Below, in pieces: positions 56,731 to 64,000 of a stretch of DNA of 64,000 nucleotides (the stretch's first letter is position 1; the number at the start of each line of letters is the position of its first letter). The position numbers were made by a program, and so were the translations under genes. Location of the stretch: positions 128,340,001 to 128,404,000 of the forward strand of contig OX597819.1 in the NCBI GenBank assembly GCA_951406725.2, given 5' to 3'. This DNA is from Octopus vulgaris (lineage: Eukaryota). The notes beneath the pieces were generated by a model. The model was given only the letters and a program-made list of their open reading frames with translations. It was not told the DNA's origin and ran no database searches.

Positions 56731-57597
56731 TTTCATCCGAGCTTCCTTCTTTTGATGGATTTCCTATGAATGCAATAGTTAAGTATTTTTATTTCGTAAG
56801 CAATTAAACTTAATGGTTTGGTTTTACCAAAGAATGGTTCTTGTTGCAAAGGATTTAACTCCCATAGGATTTGAAAAATGTTTTTGTGAAATAAATACAA
56901 GCTGAACTCTGAAATGCTCAATATTTCTTTAGATGAATATACATCTTCGTGTGATCTCAGATATTTGGGTGTAAATGTAAACTCACCCGGGAAATTCTGG
57001 AATTTGGATTTGGTCAGAATTTATGAAAATTTTCTTGATGAAATATTGCTGGAAATTTGAAAACTAAACTTTATGAATTCAACTGATTTGGTAAAATATA
57101 TGGTTGCAACCATAAATGACGGTGCAAGATAAATTTAATAATATATGAACTACGAGCATCAATTGTGTTTTGCGTATAGCTTCATTAGTGATGGTCGTGA
57201 CAGGAAAATTAATGACTCTTGCATCAATCGTGTCAATGAGTTTGAAGACACATTCGAGGATAATATTCTGCTGTTACGAATGGGATTAATATCTATATCG
57301 ATCTGCAATAATTTGTATTTAATGAAATAGCTCCTATTGCAGAAACCTTTTCCTCTTATATCACCAAAATTTAAGTGTTGGCGATGTCATTTAAAAGTGA
57401 TAACAATTATCAGTTCATTTTGTAGGTTTCCGATTTAAAAAATAATCAAAAGCTTCAGAAATATGATAAAGAAGAGAATGGTCATGAATTGCAGTGATTC
57501 AATGATATTTAGACACAGTGAAATAAGCTATTTACAATGTTAGAATAATCCGTGTGGATACTTCAGATAATGGATATAATACTATCTATGTATTTTA

Positions 57598-57830
57598 GGG
57601 GGCGAGATGGCAGAAACGTTAACACGACGGGTGAAATGCTTAGCGGTATTTCGTCTGCCGCTACGTTCTGAGTTCAAATTCCGCCGAGGTCGACTTTGCC
57701 TTTCATCCTTTCGGGGTCGATTAAACAAGTACCAGTTACGCACTGGGGTCGATATAATCAACTTAATCCGTTTGTCTATCCTTGCTTGTACTCTCTGTGT
57801 TTAGCCCCTTGTGGGTAGTAAAGAAATAGG
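57598..57830 (+). mobile_element. SINE family C with a 20-bp TSD
   Basis: ggatataatactatctatgt at 57572-57591 and 57829-57848. Confidence 0.92.
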
Positions 57831-57994
57831 ATATAATACTATCTATGTTGTGATATCAGTATTGCAAAACTTTCTCATAGGGATGCAAATATTGATCTCT
57901 ACGGTATTATTCGAGAAGAACTGAATCCACAAAACACTTTAAAGTCTCTCTTCCCAAGATAATGAGTAACGAAAAAAACTGAACAGCAAAAGCA

Positions 57995-58365
57995 GGAGGC
58001 GCAATGGCCCAATGGTTGGGGCAGTGGACTCGCGGTCGGAGGATCGCGGTTTCGATTCCCAGACCAGGCGTTGTGTGTGTTTATTGAGCGAAAACACCTA
58101 ACGCTCCACGAGGCTCCGGCAGGGGGGGGGGCGACTCCTGTTGTACTCTTTCGCTCCAACTTTCTCTCACTCTTTCTTCCTGTCTCTTGTCACCGACTTC
58201 CTACTCAACCGCTGAGCCTGGATGCGCATTCATCCATCCGTCGATGCTCTCGGTGTCAGGGGTTGACCTGCTCTCTCTTCTGCGGGTCTTACAAATAGCA
58301 AAGGACCACGTTTCGGACTTCTCCCATCTGGCGAGCTCTGGGACGAGGACCGTTCGCTCAACAGT
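57995..58365 (+). mobile_element. SINE family A2 with a 13-bp TSD
   Basis: aacagcaaaagca at 57982-57994 and 58366-58378. Confidence 0.92.
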
Positions 58366-58851
58366 AACAGCAAAAGCAACTTAAAATCTGATTAATTGGG
58401 GATGATTTTTTTTTTTTCACATTTCTTTAATTCTTGAGGCCCTTGATTCATTTCTAACTTTACCCTCAGAAATTTTACAAAATATTGCTAAGAAACTTAA
58501 TGAAAGAATGTTCACCAGTCTGTCAGAGTATCCTATTTAACATTCCGAATTTGAAATCTCGAAACCATGACAATTGCAACACCCATCCCATCAAGAGAAA
58601 CTTTCCTACTGCCGAAACTAAAAGTTACTATTACCAAAACTGCTGAAATCATTCAATGATATATTCGATCATCTTATGATCCTAAAATCATTGCTAAAGA
58701 GGTAAAGATGCTTGAAATTACTGTTTTGCTTTTAGTGTTATTCCTCCAACTTGCATCGAAGCAGAAAACGCCTAACAAAACTGAAATAAAGTTTCAGCGA
58801 CAATACCATCAATAACATATGTTTCATGAGACAACACTATCAGCATCATTG

Positions 58852-58912
<61 letters not shown>

Positions 58913-58914
58913 TA

Positions 58915-59956
58915 CTAGCATTAAAGACCCGTCGTTGCCGGGTCATAGTGCTAGTGCATGTATATATGTGTATATGTATATGTGTACATATTACATGTAC
59001 ATCTATATATATATACATCTGCACATAAAATACAAAATACAAAGTTATATCTTGATATCACTAGTGATAACAATACTCAAAATATATAACAGACGACTGG
59101 AATTGTTAGCCCGTCTCTTGTAATTTCGATCAATTGTATCTTGTCCTCCCTTTTGTATAGAAGTGTGGCTAACAATCCAGCCTACCTCTACTTCTGAGGG
59201 GGGGGCGTTTTTAATTTTTTCTCCGGGACGTCCTACGTCCCAGATATAAAGGTAAAATTAAAATATTCCCACTTTGCAAGTTCGAGTCGAGTACTCCCTT
59301 GCACGCTCCGTTGATTCGAACCTTGCTTCTATTGTGGCGAATTTACCGCCTCTGATTAGATATCTTTCATAGTCGCACCAAGACACTTCTCGAAGGTGCT
59401 TTCCTCCATGTTTTCAAATCTTCTTTTTCTCTACATTGTATACTTTATAGACAATAGTCTTTTCTTTAATTTAATTTTTTATTATCCATCTGGACTATTC
59501 CATTTCTTCACGCTAATTTTATTTTTAATTTATTCTCATTCATGTGAAACCACTTATTCAAGTTCAAGTCATTGATGCAATTTTATATCAATTGCAATTT
59601 TTACTTTTGTTATGTTACGATTATATCATACTTTAGTTTGATTTTAATTATTACTTACTACATATAATTCAATTGTTATTATTATTTTTATTGTTAAAGT
59701 GAAAGCATTTGACATAAAATAGAGAAATATTTTTGTTTCACTTTTAACACGTAATACTGAAATAGTGGAGAAGATATGATATTGTTATGGGTTCGCTCTA
59801 GGCAAGAAGTTGAACATTTTTTTTTTGCCCATGAAACTACATGGACCCTAAGTAAGGCATGTGTAAAATTTGAATGAAATTGGTTGTATAGTTCTCAAGT
59901 TTTAGGGAAACACACAGACAGACAGACACACATTCTCAGTTTTATATATATAAAGA
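58915..59956 (-). mobile_element. Non-autonomous Helitron
   Basis: The minus strand starts A|TCTTTATATATATAAAACTGAGAATGTGTGTCTGTCTG and ends with a GC hairpin (gacccg/cgggtc, 58926-58944) then CTAG|T. No TSD. Confidence 0.78.
59090..59470 (-). pseudogene. ORF1/gag-like N-terminal fragment inside the Helitron
   Basis: FEKCLGATMKDI/LIRGGKFATIEARFESTERAREYST/LPLYLGRRTSR aligns with IEKCLAPMWKDIVYITRRKAYTTIEVRFATEKTREYS/LPTYIGRRPSQ at 46750-46940. Confidence 0.7.
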
Positions 59957-60196
59957 TATGCAGCATGAAGTTTTGTCAGTGAACAGGTTGCGGTCGCAAA
60001 GCGACGAAAATATTTTGGCAAATTAAATTTAAATGTTGAAATGAATCTAACGGTTTTTGTGTGTTTCTTAAATGGCTTATAAACACATTCCACGCTGCAA
60101 TTGTTTTCGTTCCAGCACACGATCTCAGATCAAGTCACTCGCTATGCAAGTACATCTCCGTAATATATACATACACACACACGCGCGCGCGCGCGC

Positions 60197-60256
<60 letters not shown>

Positions 60257-60482
60257 CAGAAAATATTCCTTGCATGAATCTATATCAATGCACCTGTATC
60301 TTACAGTATAAATGTCAGTGAATGTATATGTGGAGTTGTGGGTGTACATGTGTGTGTGTGTTTGCTTTCAACAATTCCTCAAAACAGTACATACCAAATT
60401 TTACATACACACGCATATATATACATATATATATACATACATATATATATATGTATGTATATACATATATATATATATACAT

Positions 60483-60572
<90 letters not shown>

Positions 60573-60845
60573 TCATTGATTAAGACGAAATTGTGTTGTG
60601 ATAGGAAACGAGAAAATAAAACGTAAAACATTAAACCTTATAAATATCTGAGGAAAGGCTTTGAAGTGATGGTTCGTGTGTGATTGATGGTTTGTCAATG
60701 ATAAAATAACTCGGTGAAAAGTAGTGGAGGAGGTAAGGAGACAGTGCGCATGACCAACCGGAAACATTAAGAAATTTTTTTTCTTTAACTATAGATATCT
60801 ATGATATGTGTTATGTCCATGTCTGCGTATGTATACATGCTTGAA

Positions 60846-61081
60846 TCTTATTCTTTAATCTTTTACTGGCTTCAGTCATTGAGCTGCAGCCCTTCTGGAG
60901 TGACGTTTAAACGGGTTTTAATCGGACAAATAGACCCCAGTATTTGTGTTTCTTTTTTTTTTTGTTTCTTTTTAAGTTTGGAATTTTTATCTGTCCACTA
61001 TTTTGCTGAACCGGTAAGTTTTAAAAAAAACATCGGTTGTCAAGTGGGAGTGGGGTGAGAAACACAAACACACACACACGC

Positions 61082-61128
<47 letters not shown>

Positions 61129-61154
61129 TGTGTATGTATGTATATGTATATATA

Positions 61155-61201
<47 letters not shown>

Positions 61202-61221
61202 AACAAAGTTGAGTTGTGGGG

Positions 61222-61274
<53 letters not shown>

Positions 61275-61425
61275 ACAAAGGATTTTCCACAGTTCCCCTT
61301 TACCAAATCCACTTACAAGGCATTGGTCAGCCCAAGGCTGTAAAAGAGGATACTTGGCCAGGGTGCCGCACAGTTGAATTGAATCTGAAACCATATATTT
61401 GAAAAGCGAACTTCTCAGCCACTCG
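60846..61425 (-). mobile_element. SINE family B, old copy with an expanded internal microsatellite
   Basis: Tail at 60846-61060, head at 61280-61425, with about 220 bp of TA/TG between them. Confidence 0.7.
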
Positions 61426-61479
61426 TTGCTGAACTTTCAAACCTTCAACCATCGATACTCTGAGTTTCACCCTGTTGAT

Positions 61480-62740
61480 CTGATGATAGTGAAAAAAATA
61501 TTCATTTCACAATCGAAGGACATTCCTGCGTTAGACCGAAAAGAGAAGGGAGAGTTTAATGGAGGAACTGAAACAGCGCCTCGTTTCAAAGAAAGCAAAG
61601 ATGGTAAAATACGACCAAAGAATGAAGGAGTACCAGCAGAATAGGTTATTCAGAGTAGATCAGAAAGAGATTCTACAAAGAAATAAAAGGAGAGTGTACA
61701 GGTGAAAAGTTTATACCAGATAACACTGTAAGTCAAAGGTTTTGGAGTGACATTTGGAGAAAAGACAAGGAGCACAAGAAGGTTGCAAGTACTGAAACAA
61801 ACAGGCAGAGCAAGTCATTTCAGTTAGGGAAGTGAAGGAAATCAGCAAAAAAGTGGGCAACTGGAAGGCCCTGAGATCAGATGGCTACTGGATCAAAATA
61901 TTTGGTGAATCTTATGCACGAATAGCTGCACAACTAACACCTTGTTAAATGCCGAGCAGGTAACACCGGACTGGTTGACAATGGGTAGGACAGTGCTGTG
62001 CTTGAAAAACATCGAAAAAGGCAATACGATAGACAATTACAGGCTGATATCTTGCTTCCCATTTATGTGGAATAGTCGCAGAGTCAATGTACGGACATCT
62101 GGTAAAAATGGAGTCCTGTCACATGAACAGAAAGGTTGCAAGCGTAAGTGCAGAGGTACCAAGGATCAACTCCTGATAGACAAAACTGTACGTAGATATT
62201 GCAAGAGGAGGAAAACTAAGTTAGCTATGTCATGGATCCATTATCGTAAGGCATACGATATGATCCCACATTCTTGGATTATTTGGTATTTGCATCGAAT
62301 GTTGAGCGATTGCTTGGAAAAAGTATGACGAAGTGGAGGACGGAACTGACAGCATATGGAAGAAGTTTAGGGACAATAGAAATCAGGAGCGGCGTTTCTC
62401 AAGGGGAATGCCTGCCCCCACTGATCTCTGTACCGTGCATGATACCACTAACACTGGTTCTGAGGAAAGCAAACACTGGGTGTGTATTCAGGATCCGCCA
62501 ACAAAAAGTCAAACCACTTGTTATTCATGGATGTCCTCAAACTTTATAGTAAAGATGAATCATAAGTCAGTTCCCTCGTTGATACGGTGTATACTTTCAG
62601 TGCTGATATCAGAATGGAGTTCGGACTGAAAAAGTGTGATGCGTTACTCTTGAAGAGAGGCAAAATTAAATGTATGGACGAGCTAGCGATACTGTCGGGG
62701 GGGGGGGGTTATGGAGCAAATAGAAGAGAGGGGCTATACA
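61480..62740 (+). mobile_element. Decayed R4/Dong-clade element, N-terminal and RT portion
   Basis: EELKQRL...YQQNRLFRVDQK, NWKA, PDWLTMGRTVL, NYRLISC, EQKGC...GTKDQLLIDK, YRKAYDMIPHSWI, QGECLPPL, LFMDVLKLY, MEFGLKKC. Many frameshifts. Confidence 0.88.
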
Positions 62741-62913
62741 TTGAGTATAGCCCCTCTTAAAGTATAGCCAACATTAAGTATAAAAATGTGCATTGTCCGG
62801 TTAATTAAAAAATTCTATAAGTGGCTGAAGATTGCTCGACATTTTAAAACTGATGTAATACTTTCAGTGTTTAATAAAATGAAGTAGCATGAAACGATTG
62901 TACTACACTACCT

Positions 62914-63293
62914 TGGAGGCGCAATGGCCCAGTGGTTAGGGCAGCGGACTCGCAGTCATAGGATCGCGGTTTCGATTCCCAGACCGGGCGTTGTGAGTGT
63001 TTATTGAGCGAAAACACATAAAAGCTCCACGAGGCTCCGGCAGGGATGGTGGTGATCCCTGCTGTACTCTTCCACCACAACTTTCTCTCACTCTTACTTC
63101 CTGTTTCTGTTGTACCTGTATTTCAAGGGGCCGGCCTTGTCACTCTCTGTGTCACGCTGAATATCCCCGAGAACTACGTTAAGGGTGCACGTGTCTGTGG
63201 AGTGCTCAGCCACTTACACGTTAATTTCACGAGCAGGCTGTTCCGTTGATTCGGATCAACCGGAACCCTCATCGTCGTAACCGACGGGGTGCT
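62914..63293 (+). mobile_element. SINE family A1, full length
   Basis: Near-identical to the reverse complement of 37921-38304. Confidence 0.9.
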
Positions 63294-63345
63294 AAAGAAA
63301 AAAAAAAGAAGACACTACCTTGGATATCCTTGTTGCTTATTTTGA

Positions 63346-63441
<96 letters not shown>

Positions 63442-64000
63442 ACATGTTCTGAACAATATAAATCTATCTCTTTACAAGTCCCAAGTTACAATGGTGGTTG
63501 AAAATAAAATTGGGAATTTGTACCATGTATGATTCAATTACGCCAGAAAAATATGTCCTGGGTATCACATGTGAAAGACAAGACAGGCAAAGGGTTATTA
63601 ATCCTGTTATTGAAGTGTCAGTTAAATAGATACCTATATTTTTGTTTTAAGTAGATGATTATACATACTTAGTGACAGCCAAAGGACTGATATACAGAAT
63701 TTGGGTGGAGGTGCTTTCCACGAAATGTTCAGAACGACCAATAACGTGTAGATAGGATTTAAGCACCGTCAAGCCTTACCTCAAGGTAGATTCGTATAAC
63801 AGCACTGATTCCTCAATAGAACGTTTTTCTCTGGTTCCACAATAGTAACAGTACTGTTTCCGCACTGATTCCACAATAGTAAGTTTTTCTGAAGATCATC
63901 CGGTAGCGATGATTTCCAAATAGCCCTGAGCGCAGAAAGAATAGCTCGCATTTCTGCGCGACGAATGTTTGCATTCTTTTCTGTGGCTGCGATGTTCCTG

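Larger units (their letters stand above)
56770..58830 (+). pseudogene. Decayed hAT transposase interrupted by two SINEs
   Basis: SLDEYTS..LRYLGVNV...FWNL.LVRI, ATINDGA, HQLCFAY (CxxH region) and IPPTCIEAE (dimerisation motif, cf. P-TSV-AER-FS). Confidence 0.75.

Noticed and set aside
62914-62990. tRNA-like sequences at SINE heads (also 12670-12744, 38230-38304, 48910-48984, 57995-58070)
   Set aside because: A and B boxes are present, but there is no proper acceptor stem and each continues into a SINE body, several with TSDs. They are not tRNA genes.

Overview
AT-rich, microsatellite-saturated eukaryotic DNA, intergenic or deep-intronic. The SINE families present point to an octopus genome (inference from recalled octopus repeats; no search was run). 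I find no supportable host protein-coding gene, and nearly all ORFs in the track are translations of (TA)n, (TG)n, (TATG)n or triplet repeats. The only long intact ORF (15629-17386) is the 3' half of an R4/Dong-clade non-LTR retrotransposon (RT, CCHC, restriction-like endonuclease) inserted in a (TAA)n run. The rest is layered transposon remains: two older R4/Dong pieces, CR1 and RTE LINE fragments, an ORF1/gag-like element, a Penelope-like RT fragment, three mariner remnants, a decayed hAT transposase, a Tc1-type MITE, a non-autonomous Helitron, and many tRNA-derived SINEs with swappable heads and tails. Most interesting: (1) five (TA)n-anchored mini-elements carrying minimal hammerhead-ribozyme folds with covarying stems but non-canonical cores; (2) a Helitron carrying a homologue of the ORF1 found 12 kb away; (3) a 184-bp SINE tandem array with ABAB higher-order structure; (4) recurrent local fold-back duplications, several next to (TA)n tracts. 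Coordinates were read by eye and may be off by a few bases for decayed elements.
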